64,000 bases of DNA from Planctomycetota bacterium (GCA_039025315.1 JBCCOP010000001.1:10201-74200); one strand, 5' to 3'; shown: positions 9,493 to 19,252, counted from the stretch's first letter. Made by a program: numbers and translations. Notes: generated from the sequence alone by a model not told the origin.

Positions 9493-9957
9493 TTAACGGG
9501 TGACGAGCTGCGCGTTGCCCGGGCTGGAGGTGCGGGGCTTGGGCAGGTCGAGGTCGGCCTCGCGGAGTCGCTGCTTGAGCTGCTCGCGGAGGTCGTTGTC
9601 GGTGATCTTGGAATATGCCTTGGCGGCGTCGGCGCCGTTGCCGGCCATGAGGGCACGCGAGCCATCGGACAGGAGCTGGAGGTCGCTGACCTTGGTGTGC
9701 TGCCGCTTGGACTGGGCGGAGGTGCGGGCCTCGGCGAGCCGGGCGTCGGCCTGATCGAACTCGGCGAGCTTGATCGCGGTCGCCGCGGAGGCGAGGGCAT
9801 CGTGGTAGGCGTGGTTGACGGCTGGGGGCTTGGCTTCGGAAGCCTTGGTCGAGCTGCACCCGGTGAGGGGGGTGAGGGCGAGCGCAGCGGCGGCAGCGGT
9901 GGCTAGGCCGAAGCGGGTGAGGTGACGGGAACGCGGGCGGTGGTGGATGCGGTACAT
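9493..9957 (-). CDS. Lipoprotein with TPR-like helices
   Basis: Basic N-region, Ala/Leu h-region, lipobox LTGC; AGGA RBS. Confidence 0.8.
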   Translation of the reverse strand: MYRIHHRPRSRHLTRFGLATAAAAALALTPLTGCSSTKASEAKPPAVNHAYHDALASAATAIKLAEFDQADARLAEARTSAQSKRQHTKVSDLQLLSDGSRALMAGNGADAAKAYSKITDNDLREQLKQRLREADLDLPKPRTSSPGNAQLVTR

Positions 9958-10137
9958 GTGGGGTCCTGGTAGGGGCTACAGGGCTTGAAGGGGGTCCACG
10001 ATTTACCAACCATCCGTGGGGGTAGACGGGGCAGGGGTCCGTGGTGTTACACCGGTGGCTTGAAAAAAATGCGTAGGGTCAGGCGGCCGGCGATGCGTCG
10101 CATCGCGGCTACGAAAGATGTGGGTTTGGGCGGGGCG

Positions 10138-10794
10138 TTATGGGGCGGGGGATTCGCCGGGGCGGAGGCGGTAGACGGGGATGGGCTCGGGGTATTGGTT
10201 GCGGTCCTGGATGACCTCATCCGGATCGCGGGCGGGCTGGCCGCCGAGGCGGAGCAGGCGTTTGTAGGCGTTGAGGGAGAGGGCGGATCCGAAGCGTCGG
10301 CAGGTCTGGGAAGCGGCGATGCGGGCGGCAATGACGACGGCGTCGGAGAGGACGACGGAGCGGGGGGGCTGGTCGTCGGGGGTGTCGAGGGGCAGGCGGT
10401 AGACGGGGCCACAGTGGAGGGCGGTTCGGAGGCGGACGTCGGCACGGAAGCCGAGGTCGAGTAGGAGCGAGCGGACCGAGTGTTGGAAGCGGTCGTGGAG
10501 GGACAGGGCGAAGCGGTGGGCGGCGGCGGTGGGCTGATTGTGCTGGACGAGGGCGAGGAAGCCGTCGCCGGCGTAGCCCTCGATGGTGACGTGGGGGTGT
10601 TCGGCGGGGTCGTGATGGAGGAGGCGCTGCATGGCCAGGGCGAGTCGGTTGCGGCGGGGTTCGTCGTGGACGACCTGGTAGACGAGCTGGGAGTAGCCGG
10701 CGAGGTCGGCGAAGACGATACCGGTCTGGCCGAGGTCCTCGGGCTCGGCGGGGCCGGGTTTGGCGGTGTTGGGTGGGGAGGGGTTGGCGGTCAC
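10138..10794 (-). CDS. Class III nucleotidyl (adenylate/guanylate-type) cyclase domain protein
   Basis: IVFADLAGYS and AGDGFLA metal-binding Asp motifs, RTALHCGPV, DAVVIAARI; GTGA overlap with the kinase stop. Confidence 0.85.
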   Translation of the reverse strand: MTANPSPPNTAKPGPAEPEDLGQTGIVFADLAGYSQLVYQVVHDEPRRNRLALAMQRLLHHDPAEHPHVTIEGYAGDGFLALVQHNQPTAAAHRFALSLHDRFQHSVRSLLLDLGFRADVRLRTALHCGPVYRLPLDTPDDQPPRSVVLSDAVVIAARIAASQTCRRFGSALSLNAYKRLLRLGGQPARDPDEVIQDRNQYPEPIPVYRLRPGESPAP

Positions 10795-13700
10795 GGGTCG
10801 GTGGGGCGTGGGGGTTCTGGCGAGCGGAAGGGGTCTTCGGGTGCGGGTGGGGCGAGCTTATCGGGGCTGCCCCAGAGGGTAACGAGCCGGTCGATGGTGT
10901 CGCGGACTCGGAAGAGGTGGTCCTGGCCGGCGGTGGGGTTGTCGGGCGTTTCGGGCGGGGCGAGGCGGGCGGCGGCGGAGATGATGAGGTAGCGGTTGAG
11001 GTAGTGGGCGAAGAAGACGAGGCTGTCAGCGACCTCTTGGCGTTCATCGGGGGTGAGGTTGATTTTGAGGTCACCGGCGGCGAGGCGTTCGAGGGCGTTA
11101 GGCACGTTGAGGTCTTCGAACAGTTCCCCGACTTGTTCGTCGGCGTGAGAGACGAGCCAGGGGCCGAGGTGGGGGCGGAGCAGGTCGAGGGCGTTCCTGA
11201 GCTCGGTGGGTCGGCCGGCCTCGAGCGCGGTATAGGCGATAGACCCGGCGACGTCGATGTACATGCCATAGCCGACGCGGTCGTAGGGCGTGGCCAGCGG
11301 GCGGAGGGTGTCGAGGGCACGGCGGAGGCGGTCGAGGCGGTCATCGGTATCGTGGCGGGGGTGGAGTGCGTTGCCGGCTTCGAGGAGGGCGTCGGCGAAG
11401 AGGACACGGGCGGCGATGTTGTTGGGGCTGAGGTTGATCAGCGCCTGGCCTTCTTTGGTGAGGAGGGCGTACTGCTCGCGGGCGGCGGACCAGACCGCGT
11501 GGTCGGGTTCGGGGATGCTCTGCAGGGCGTAGAGGGTGAAGGCGAGGCGGAAGCGGATATCGGTGCGTTGATAAAGGAGGCCGAAGTCGGGGGGGAGGTT
11601 GGCGTTGTCGCGGGCTTCGATCAGGGCGTTGATGCGTTGGATGGCGTCCTTGATGTGATCGGGGGCGGCTTTGGCGTGTTGAGCGAGGACGGGTTCCCAG
11701 GTTTTCGCGGTGCTCACGACCTGGTCAGAATTGTCGTATCGGAGCCTCTGGAATTGGCCGGCGACCAGATCACAGAGTGAGGTGCCTTGGTGCATCAGTG
11801 CCGTGGTGAGGAGGATGGTCTGCTGGGTTTTGGTGAGGCCGGGGATGGGCTTCTGGTGGCGTTCGATCACCGTCTTGAGGTCGTGTTCGATGTATCGGAG
11901 GGTGTGATCAAACAAGGAGGGCGGCGTAGTTTTGAGCTCGTGGGTGTGGGGCGGGGGGCTGCCGAACTGCTTGAAGTAGCGTGCGGCGTGTTGGGCGCGG
12001 GCGATGCGGGCGTAGTCGAGCTCGGTGGCGTAGCGAGGGGGCGCACCGTTCTGGTTGGCGAGGCGTTGCAGCTCGGCGACCATGCTGTTGAAGAGCTGGG
12101 CCTTCCCGAAGCTGGCTGGGCCCTCGTTGTAGAGGAGGCGTCTGGCGGTGTTGCGGGCGACGAGGAGCTGCGAGGTGAGCCGGCTGGTTTTCTGGAAGGT
12201 GTCGATTCGATCGATGATTTTTATAAAGAGGTCTCTGGCCAGGTCTTTGCGTTTTTCGTCGCGGTAGAGCCGGGCGAGGGCGAGGGTGGCGTGGACCCAG
12301 TCGTCGAGGACGCGGGGGTCGGGGTCTTCGGGGTTGTAGAGCTGGTCGAGCTGCTCGCGTGCGGTGTTGTAGTGGCGTGCGGCGGCGGTGAAGTCGATGC
12401 GGGTGCGGTAGAGGTCGGCGAGGGCGAGGTGGGCGGCGGCGCGGTGGGGGTCGGGGGTGGGTTTTTCGGCGTCAGGATTGGGGTCGGGGTGTGCGTTGAG
12501 GGCGGCGAGCGCGGCGTCGATACCGGGCTGGAGTTCGCGTCGCGCGAGGTGAGCGCGGGCGCGTTGGTTGAGCAGGCGGGCGCGGAGTGGGGCGTGGTCG
12601 TCCGACTCGGGCAGGTCGTCGAGGGTATCGAGGGCCTGCTGGGTGTGGGCGAGGACGCGGTCGTGGTTGTTGATGCGGGCTTCGACGGCGGCGAGCTCGG
12701 CGATGGCGGCCACACGCTGCGACTGCACGTCGGGCCGGTCGGCGTAGGTGTCGAGCAGCTCGGTGAATCGGGCGATGACGTCTTCGTACATGCCACGCTG
12801 TGAGGCGGCGGTGGCGTCGTCGAAGAAGGCGGGGCTGTTGGTGAGGTTGGTGAAGAACTGGGAGACGGTGGTGCGGGCGTTCTCGAAGCTGGCGATGGCG
12901 ACATTGCGTTGCTGGGTGATACCGAAGAAGGCGGCGACGGTGAGGAGCAGGGCGAGGGCGAGGCCGGCGGCGGAGGCGTAGACGACGCCGCGGTTTTCCT
13001 TGGCCCAGCGCTTGGCCATCTCGCCTAGGCTGGGGGGGCGGATCGGCAGCGGGGTGCCGTCGAGGTACATCTGGAGGTAGTCGCGGAGGAGGCCGGCGGT
13101 TTTGATGCGGTCGTTGACGTCGCGTTCGCAGGCCCGGGCGACGATGGCGTCGAGGTCTTTGTCGAAATGGGGGTCGATCGAGCGGAGGCGGGGGACGTCG
13201 GTGCGGGTGACGGCGTGGGTGAGGGCCTCGGGGGTGTTGCTCTGGGGGAAGAGGCGTCGGCGGGTGAGGAGCTCCCAGAGGGTGACGCCAAGGCCGCGGA
13301 CATCGACGGCGGCGGTGATGGGCTCGCGTCCCTCAGCGTATTGCTCGGGGGCGGCGTAGCGGTATTTGCCGGCGAAGGCGCCCTCCGCGGAGAGCTGGAC
13401 CGAGACGTCCTGACCCTTGGCGAGCCCGAAGTCCATGAGGACGACGCGGGAGCCGTCGGGGGTGAGCATCAGGTTGCCGGGGGAGATGTCGCGGTGGACG
13501 ATGCCGCGCTGGTGGACGGTGTCGAGTGCGTCGGCGGCGTCACGGATGAGCTGGACAACACGGCGGGCGTAGTCGTCTTCGCCGCGTTTGCCGAGGGCGG
13601 TGGGAGGCAGTGGCGGGGGGGCGAGCTGTTCCTGGATGGGGAGCTTGTCTTCGAGCTGGGCGGCGGTGCCGGGGGCCTGGGTCTTGGCCGCATCGAGGAA

Positions 13701-15266
13701 CTTGGTGCGGGCGTTCAGGCTGGCGGACTGGAAGGCTTTGTTGAAGGTCTGGGTGGAGAGCTGGGTGAGTTCGACGGCGGCGTGAGACTGGGCGAGGACG
13801 TTCCAGACGGCGTTGAGGTCGCAGCCGGCGATGTACTCCATGGTGTAGTACACGGTGCCGTCGTCGAGGACGCCGGAGTCGAGGAGCTTGACGATGTTGG
13901 GGTGGTCGCAGGAGCCGAGGACGCGCATCTCCCGGCGGAAGCGGGTCAGGAGGTTGGCGTTGTCGTGGAGCTCGCGGGGTAGAGTTTTGAGGGCGACTTG
14001 CCTCCGGAGGCTACGCTGCTCGGCGAGGTAGACGACGCCCATGCCGCCGCGACCGATCTCGGCGAGCAGGTTGTAGTCGCCGAGGGTTCGGCCGGCCTCG
14101 ACGGCATAAGTGGAATCATCGAAGTCGTCGTCGGCGTCGTCGGGGCTGCCGACATCGATGGCGGTGGCGTCCTCGTCGGCGGCACGGGCGAGCCAGTCAT
14201 TGAGGAGTTTGGCGGAGCCGGCGTCACGTTCGGTCCGGCCGGTGGCGTAGCTGAGGTATTCGACGTGTTTGCGTCGGCGGTCGCGGTTGAGCAGGACGGC
14301 GTCATCGGCGACCTCGTACTCACGGAAGCGGACGAGAGGGTCGAGCCGGAGGGGGGCGTGGCCAGGCCAGTGGACGGCGACGGCGGGGAGCGGGTGGCCG
14401 TCGGCGGTGAGGCTCTCGGCGTGGCGGGGGGTGAGAGGGATGGGGGGCAGGCGTTGGCTGGCGGGGCCGACGAGCTCGCGGGCTTCGAGCTCTCGGCGGG
14501 TGTCGGAAGGTTCGCGGACCTGTCGGAGGTGGAGGAGCTGGGTGCCTTCGGGGCCGAGGATGGGCAGGACGTTGCCGGCGAGGACCTCGTGGGCGGCACC
14601 GGAGAGCAGGGGGGCCATGCGCTGCTCGTAAAAGGTTTCGGGTCGGGCAGCGCCGTGGCCGAAGATGGCGTTTCGGTATTGGGTGAGGCTATCGAAGAGG
14701 TCGAGGAGGGAGCAGGCCTGGGCTTTGGCCGGGGGGGCGTCGGGGCCGTTCTTGATCGCGCGGTAGAGGGCGAGGATGGCCGGGTGGTCATCGGCGTAGC
14801 GGTTGGTGGTTAGCGCGCGGTGGAGAGGAGAAAGGGGGTGGTGCGGCTGTGCGGCGAAGTGCTTGGCGGTCTGGCGGAGCAGCCCCAGCCAGTGGCCGAC
14901 CGACGGGGTGCGGAGTGCGAGGAGGCTCTTGTCGAGGTCGGGGTTTCGGGGTTGTGCGCCGGTGCCAGTGAGAGCGGTGCCGCGGCAGTAGGCGGCGATG
15001 GGGGGGCAAGCGGTGAGCTTGATAAGGGCTTCGAAGAGGTAGTAGGCGTTGTCGTGGCGGGCGCGGGCGGTCTTGGCGGTAAAGGTGCGCGAGTAGAGGT
15101 GGCTGAGGGGGAGGGGGAGGGAGAGATAGAGCGCCTGGTCGATCGGGTTGGCGTTCGGGCGGTCGGGGGGCGTATCGCCCTGGGAGGGGTGGGTTGGGGG
15201 GGGGTTGTCGGGGGCTGGGGTGGTGGGGTCGGGTGGCATCCGGCTTGCCGCGTGCCCCCTCGGCAT
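10791..15266 (-). CDS. Large Hanks-type Ser/Thr protein kinase with N-terminal helical domain, TM segment and TPR-like C-terminus
   Basis: IGRGGMGVVY, VALK, HRDISPGN, DFGLAK, YAAPE; TM VVYASAAGLALALLLTVAAFFGI; start could be 15239. Confidence 0.92.
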   Translation of the reverse strand: MPRGHAASRMPPDPTTPAPDNPPPTHPSQGDTPPDRPNANPIDQALYLSLPLPLSHLYSRTFTAKTARARHDNAYYLFEALIKLTACPPIAAYCRGTALTGTGAQPRNPDLDKSLLALRTPSVGHWLGLLRQTAKHFAAQPHHPLSPLHRALTTNRYADDHPAILALYRAIKNGPDAPPAKAQACSLLDLFDSLTQYRNAIFGHGAARPETFYEQRMAPLLSGAAHEVLAGNVLPILGPEGTQLLHLRQVREPSDTRRELEARELVGPASQRLPPIPLTPRHAESLTADGHPLPAVAVHWPGHAPLRLDPLVRFREYEVADDAVLLNRDRRRKHVEYLSYATGRTERDAGSAKLLNDWLARAADEDATAIDVGSPDDADDDFDDSTYAVEAGRTLGDYNLLAEIGRGGMGVVYLAEQRSLRRQVALKTLPRELHDNANLLTRFRREMRVLGSCDHPNIVKLLDSGVLDDGTVYYTMEYIAGCDLNAVWNVLAQSHAAVELTQLSTQTFNKAFQSASLNARTKFLDAAKTQAPGTAAQLEDKLPIQEQLAPPPLPPTALGKRGEDDYARRVVQLIRDAADALDTVHQRGIVHRDISPGNLMLTPDGSRVVLMDFGLAKGQDVSVQLSAEGAFAGKYRYAAPEQYAEGREPITAAVDVRGLGVTLWELLTRRRLFPQSNTPEALTHAVTRTDVPRLRSIDPHFDKDLDAIVARACERDVNDRIKTAGLLRDYLQMYLDGTPLPIRPPSLGEMAKRWAKENRGVVYASAAGLALALLLTVAAFFGITQQRNVAIASFENARTTVSQFFTNLTNSPAFFDDATAASQRGMYEDVIARFTELLDTYADRPDVQSQRVAAIAELAAVEARINNHDRVLAHTQQALDTLDDLPESDDHAPLRARLLNQRARAHLARRELQPGIDAALAALNAHPDPNPDAEKPTPDPHRAAAHLALADLYRTRIDFTAAARHYNTAREQLDQLYNPEDPDPRVLDDWVHATLALARLYRDEKRKDLARDLFIKIIDRIDTFQKTSRLTSQLLVARNTARRLLYNEGPASFGKAQLFNSMVAELQRLANQNGAPPRYATELDYARIARAQHAARYFKQFGSPPPHTHELKTTPPSLFDHTLRYIEHDLKTVIERHQKPIPGLTKTQQTILLTTALMHQGTSLCDLVAGQFQRLRYDNSDQVVSTAKTWEPVLAQHAKAAPDHIKDAIQRINALIEARDNANLPPDFGLLYQRTDIRFRLAFTLYALQSIPEPDHAVWSAAREQYALLTKEGQALINLSPNNIAARVLFADALLEAGNALHPRHDTDDRLDRLRRALDTLRPLATPYDRVGYGMYIDVAGSIAYTALEAGRPTELRNALDLLRPHLGPWLVSHADEQVGELFEDLNVPNALERLAAGDLKINLTPDERQEVADSLVFFAHYLNRYLIISAAARLAPPETPDNPTAGQDHLFRVRDTIDRLVTLWGSPDKLAPPAPEDPFRSPEPPRPTDP

Positions 15267-15275
15267 GGCCGGGGG

Positions 15276-15878
15276 CTATTGGGGGTTGGAATCGCTTGAT
15301 TTGGTGTGGGCTTTGGGTTGGCCGTTACCCCTGGGTGGGCCGTTACCCTTGGGTTTGCCGCCACGGGCTTGGCGGGGCGGGGGCCAGACGCCGCCGAACT
15401 TGTAGTGCGGGTTGTCGAGGGCGACGGAGTCCCAGCAGATGTCGCAGACGAACTTCCAGCGGGCGGTGTGGTCGACCTGGACGCGGAACAGCGAGAGGCA
15501 GGGGGTGTAGCAGTTGAAGCAGGTCTTGGTGCGGGGCTTCTTGCGTTTGGGCTTGGGTTTGCCTTGTGCTTTGTTGTCGGCTTGGTTCGTGGCGGTCGTG
15601 TTGGAGTTGGCGTCGCGGGTGGCGGGTTTGGCCGGTTTGCGGTTCTGGTTTTGACGCGGCTTTTTGGGGGGCCGGTTGTCGGGCTTGGGGTCGGCGGTGC
15701 TGGCGTTGTGGTTGGAGTAACCGGTGTTGGATGGCGGGGTGTCCGCGGACGCCTCGGGGGTCGCGTTGGCGGCGTTATCCGCCTTGGGGCGGTCGCGGTT
15801 GGAGCGACGCCGGCGTCGGGGGCGTTTGGATGGGGGGTTGGGGTCGCTCACTTTGGGGATACTCCGGTCGAACATCAT
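15276..15878 (-). CDS. Hypothetical protein: disordered basic N-terminus plus CxxC...CxxC zinc-ribbon-like domain
   Basis: CFNC...LFRVQVD...WKFVCDICW...NPHYKFGGVW. Confidence 0.7.
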   Translation of the reverse strand: MMFDRSIPKVSDPNPPSKRPRRRRRSNRDRPKADNAANATPEASADTPPSNTGYSNHNASTADPKPDNRPPKKPRQNQNRKPAKPATRDANSNTTATNQADNKAQGKPKPKRKKPRTKTCFNCYTPCLSLFRVQVDHTARWKFVCDICWDSVALDNPHYKFGGVWPPPRQARGGKPKGNGPPRGNGQPKAHTKSSDSNPQ

Positions 15879-15994
15879 AACCCGTTCGCATGACGGGATG
15901 GACCTTTGGTTGGCGCCGGCGGTGGGGTGGAGTTGTCGGTGAGCTTGGGATTGGTACGATGCGGGATCGCTGCGGGTTTGTCCCGCGGCGGGAT

Positions 15995-16069
15995 GGTGAC
16001 CGTAGCTCAGTTGGTTAGAGCACCAGGTTGTGATCCTGGGGGTCGCGGGTTCGAATCCCGTCGGTCACC
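15995..16069 (+). tRNA. tRNA-His (GTG)
   Basis: G-1 plus acceptor stem GTGACCG/CGGTCAC, C discriminator, D-arm GCTCAGTTGGTTAGAGC, anticodon arm CCAGG-TTGTGAT-CCTGG, GGTTCGAATCC; CCA not encoded. Confidence 0.97.
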
Positions 16070-16128
16070 CTTGTCGGGTCGGTGTGGGGCTTGGGGGTCT
16101 GGATGCCGGGACGGTGACGGGCGGGGCG

Positions 16129-16980
16129 ATGAAGGGTTTGACGATGGTGCTGCAGCGGATTGCGGGCGTGGGTGACGCGGTGCTCGACGGCATGGAGGGG
16201 CTGGGGAAGTTCACGGTGTTCTCCGGGAGGGTTGTTGCGGGGATGTGGCCGAAGCAGGGGTGGGGCCCGGTGCGGAATTGGCGGCTGCTGGTGCCGCAGC
16301 TGTATCTGATCGGGACGCGGAGCGTGCCGGTGATCATGCTGGTGGGGGCGTTTGTCGGGGCGGTGCTGGGGCTGGAGACGTTTGCCCAGTTCGCAGCGTT
16401 CGGGCAGGAGACGCGGCTGGGCGGTGTGATCCACTTGTCGGTGGTGAAGCAGATCGGGCCGGTGCTGGCGGCGGTGATGATCGCGGGGCGTGTGGGCGGG
16501 TCGGTGGCGGCGGAGATCGGGACGATGCGGGTGACGGAACAGGTGGAGGCGCTGCGGGTCATGGGCGCGAACCCGGTGCGTTACCTGGCGGTGCCGCGGG
16601 TCGTGGCGTGCGTGCTGATGGTGCCGGTGCTGACGGTGATCAGCGACCTGATGGGGATCGTAGGGGGGTATCTGGTGGTGGTGGTGGCGTATGGCGTCGA
16701 GGCGGAGGCGTACTGGGATTTCTCGGCGTACTTCGTGACGAGCTACGACGTGGTGACGGGGCTGATCAAGGCGGTGTTCTTCGGGCTGGCGATCGGGCTG
16801 GTGAGCTGCTTCAAGGGGTTCAACTGCAAGGCCGGTGCGGCGGGTGTGGGGCGGGCAGCGACGGACGCGTTCGTGACCAGCTTCATCGCCATTATCGTGC
16901 TGAACTTCCTGCTGGCGAAGTTTCTGGCGGACCTGCAGGTGCTGATCTGGGGCGCAAACGCGGCGTTCCCGGGGGGGTGA
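16129..16980 (+). CDS. mlaE: MlaE family ABC transporter permease
   Basis: IGPVLAAVMIAGRVGGSVAAEIGTMRVTEQVEALRVMGANPVRYLAVPR, GAAGVGRAATDAFV; start approximate. Confidence 0.92.
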   Translation: MKGLTMVLQRIAGVGDAVLDGMEGLGKFTVFSGRVVAGMWPKQGWGPVRNWRLLVPQLYLIGTRSVPVIMLVGAFVGAVLGLETFAQFAAFGQETRLGGVIHLSVVKQIGPVLAAVMIAGRVGGSVAAEIGTMRVTEQVEALRVMGANPVRYLAVPRVVACVLMVPVLTVISDLMGIVGGYLVVVVAYGVEAEAYWDFSAYFVTSYDVVTGLIKAVFFGLAIGLVSCFKGFNCKAGAAGVGRAATDAFVTSFIAIIVLNFLLAKFLADLQVLIWGANAAFPGG

Positions 16981-17036
16981 ATCACGCGGTTCACGTTGTG
17001 TTTGCGGCAGCACGGTCGCGACCAGCGGTCGCGGCT

Positions 17037-18203
17037 TTATGGGGAGGACTGGTCCTCGTGCCAGCGGAGGAAGCGGGAGGTGGGGAGGCGGACGAGTTGG
17101 CCCTCGCGGTCTTGGAGGAAGCGTTCGAGGGTGACCGAGTCGCCGCCGACCAGCAGGATGTCGGTGGTGATGCCGGTGGGGAAAAGGGCCGAGGTGATGG
17201 CGTCGGCGTGTCGTCGGGGGTTGCCGAAGGCGACGAGGAGGATGAGATCGGGCTCGGCGGCGATGGCGGCCTTGAGGGCGTTGTCGAGTTGGCGCTGCCC
17301 TTGGGCGGGGTGTTGGGCAAGGAAGTCGTCGAGGGCTTGGGGGTCGAGGTCGGCGAGCTCGACGGAGCCGTCGAGGAGGGTGTTGGGGCCGGCGGCTGTG
17401 GCGGCGATGAGGGTGAGGGTTTTGGGGCTCGATTGGTTAGCGAGGCCGTGGGTGAGCATGGCGTGGAGGGCGGGGAGCTTGCCCTCGGCGTCGAGTGAGG
17501 TGTCGAAGACGACGGCGGTGTGATCGCGGAGCGGGAAGCCGACGGCGTGGGGCTGATCGAGCGTAAACGGGTCGACGGTCGAGTTGTATTGGAAGGCTTC
17601 TTCCTGGACGGCGACTACGCCTTCCTGGTCGAGGTCCGGGGGCGTGGCCTCGTTAGTTGAAAAGAGGTAGATGCCGAAGACGACGACGCTGGCCACGACG
17701 GCCGCAAGGAAGAGGATGACGATGCCGGCGGTGGTGATGCGAACGGTCTTGCGGAGGTTGGCGGTGGGGACGCGGGCGGCGTTGATGCGGACTTTTTTGC
17801 CGGAGGCGGTCTGGTAGACCTCTTCGCGGTCGGGGGGCGGCGGGGTGGCCTTTTTGGTTTTGCTGCGGCTGGTGGGTTTCTTGGATTTGCTGGATTTGCT
17901 GCGTGATGAAGAAGCTCGGCCACGGGACGAGTCGGTGCGGGAGCGGGATGGCCGGGAGCTGCGGGATGGGGGGGCGTCCGGTCGGCCTGGGCGTTCGGGC
18001 CGGGTGCTGGATTCGGTGGGGCTGGACGGTGATTCACCGGGGGCGGAGGGGCGCACGAGCTGTTCGGACTGGCCGCCGCTGAGCTTGGGGACGGTCATCA
18101 GGATCCCGCAGCTAGAGCAGCGGCAGACGCCGCCGGCGAAGCCCGCGTCGAGTTCGAGCAGGTCTTTGCAGCTGGGGCATTCGAGGTCGATGGTGCGGGG
18201 CAT
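17037..18203 (-). CDS. Zinc-ribbon / TM / degenerate vWA-like membrane protein
   Basis: CPSC...CRCSSC N-terminus, Ser/Arg/Pro linker, one TM, C-terminal alternating beta/alpha domain starting AVVFDTS. Confidence 0.7.
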   Translation of the reverse strand: MPRTIDLECPSCKDLLELDAGFAGGVCRCSSCGILMTVPKLSGGQSEQLVRPSAPGESPSSPTESSTRPERPGRPDAPPSRSSRPSRSRTDSSRGRASSSRSKSSKSKKPTSRSKTKKATPPPPDREEVYQTASGKKVRINAARVPTANLRKTVRITTAGIVILFLAAVVASVVVFGIYLFSTNEATPPDLDQEGVVAVQEEAFQYNSTVDPFTLDQPHAVGFPLRDHTAVVFDTSLDAEGKLPALHAMLTHGLANQSSPKTLTLIAATAAGPNTLLDGSVELADLDPQALDDFLAQHPAQGQRQLDNALKAAIAAEPDLILLVAFGNPRRHADAITSALFPTGITTDILLVGGDSVTLERFLQDREGQLVRLPTSRFLRWHEDQSSP

Positions 18204-18209
18204 GGCGGG

Positions 18210-19244
18210 TTACTGGGGGAGGCGGGTGGGGAGTTGGGTGGCGGGTGACCAGAGGTAGTAGAAGCCGACGGGGAAGTTGGCGTCGAGGCCGGCGTTGAGA
18301 TTGAACTGAGCGAGGTTGATCTGGGTGGTTTGGGAAGCGTTGGCTTGGGGTGCGGCGGCGTAGGGTGACGTGACACGGCGGAGGGCGCTGTGGTAGCGGA
18401 CGAGCTTGGCGCGGTCGATATTGGCGAGGGACTTGGCGGTGTCCCACGCGGTGTAGAGGTCGCCGAGCGCGTCGACGAGGCCGAGTTTGAGGGCGTCTCG
18501 ACCCGTCACGACACGGCCATCGGTGACCTTGTCCCAGTCGGCCTCGGCGACGTTGGGGCGGGCTTCGCGGACGATCGTTTTGAAGTCGTCGTAGAACGTA
18601 TCCACGAGGGTCTGGAGGACGGCCTGTTGGTCTTCAGTGAGTGTGTCGAGTGGTGAGCCGGCGGCTTTGTTGGGGCCGGAGGTGAGGGTGGTGGCGGTGA
18701 TGCCGAGGCGGTCGAGGGCGGGCTTGAGGGAGACGAGCTGGGCGATGACGCCGATGCTGCCGGTCACTGTGGAGGGGTGGGCGACGAGGTGGTCCCCGCT
18801 GCAGGCGAGGTAGTAGCCGCCGGACGCGGCGACGTCCATGAGGCAGACCACGACGGGCTTGTCGGTGGTTTGTTTGAAACGCTGGACCTGGCGGTACATG
18901 AGATCGGAGGCGGTGACGCCGCCGCCGGGGGAGTTGACGCGGAGGACGATGGCCTTGACACGGTCGTCGTCTGCGGCGCGATTGAGTTGTTCGTGGAGTT
19001 GGGCGACGGGGTTGGGGCCGGGCGTGAGCAGGCCCGGGCGGTCGGCGTTGAAGAGGACGCCGGAGACGTCGATGAGGGCGATTTTGTTGGACGTCCGGCC
19101 GTCGGCTTCGACGGTGGACTCTTGGAGTTCTTGGAGCGACGGGGCGAGCCCGATGACGATGGCCGGGGCCTTGCACCCGGCAAGGCCGAGCCCGAGCAGG
19201 GCGACGAGAACGATGCGGAGGGGTATGGTGGCGGTGTTTGCCAT
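18210..19244 (-). CDS. sppA: Signal peptide peptidase SppA (S49, 36K type), lipoprotein
   Basis: LRVNSPGG, AASGGYYLA, TGSIGVI, DGRVVTG; lipobox LAGC; true start 19244 because the longer ORF overlaps the tRNA. Confidence 0.93.
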   Translation of the reverse strand: MANTATIPLRIVLVALLGLGLAGCKAPAIVIGLAPSLQELQESTVEADGRTSNKIALIDVSGVLFNADRPGLLTPGPNPVAQLHEQLNRAADDDRVKAIVLRVNSPGGGVTASDLMYRQVQRFKQTTDKPVVVCLMDVAASGGYYLACSGDHLVAHPSTVTGSIGVIAQLVSLKPALDRLGITATTLTSGPNKAAGSPLDTLTEDQQAVLQTLVDTFYDDFKTIVREARPNVAEADWDKVTDGRVVTGRDALKLGLVDALGDLYTAWDTAKSLANIDRAKLVRYHSALRRVTSPYAAAPQANASQTTQINLAQFNLNAGLDANFPVGFYYLWSPATQLPTRLPQ

Positions 19245-19252
19245 GATGAGAA

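Noticed and set aside
15319-15355. 18-bp tandem repeat GGCCGTTACCC(C/T)TGGGT
   Set aside because: Two copies encoding a low-complexity protein tail (PKGNGP/PRGNGQ).
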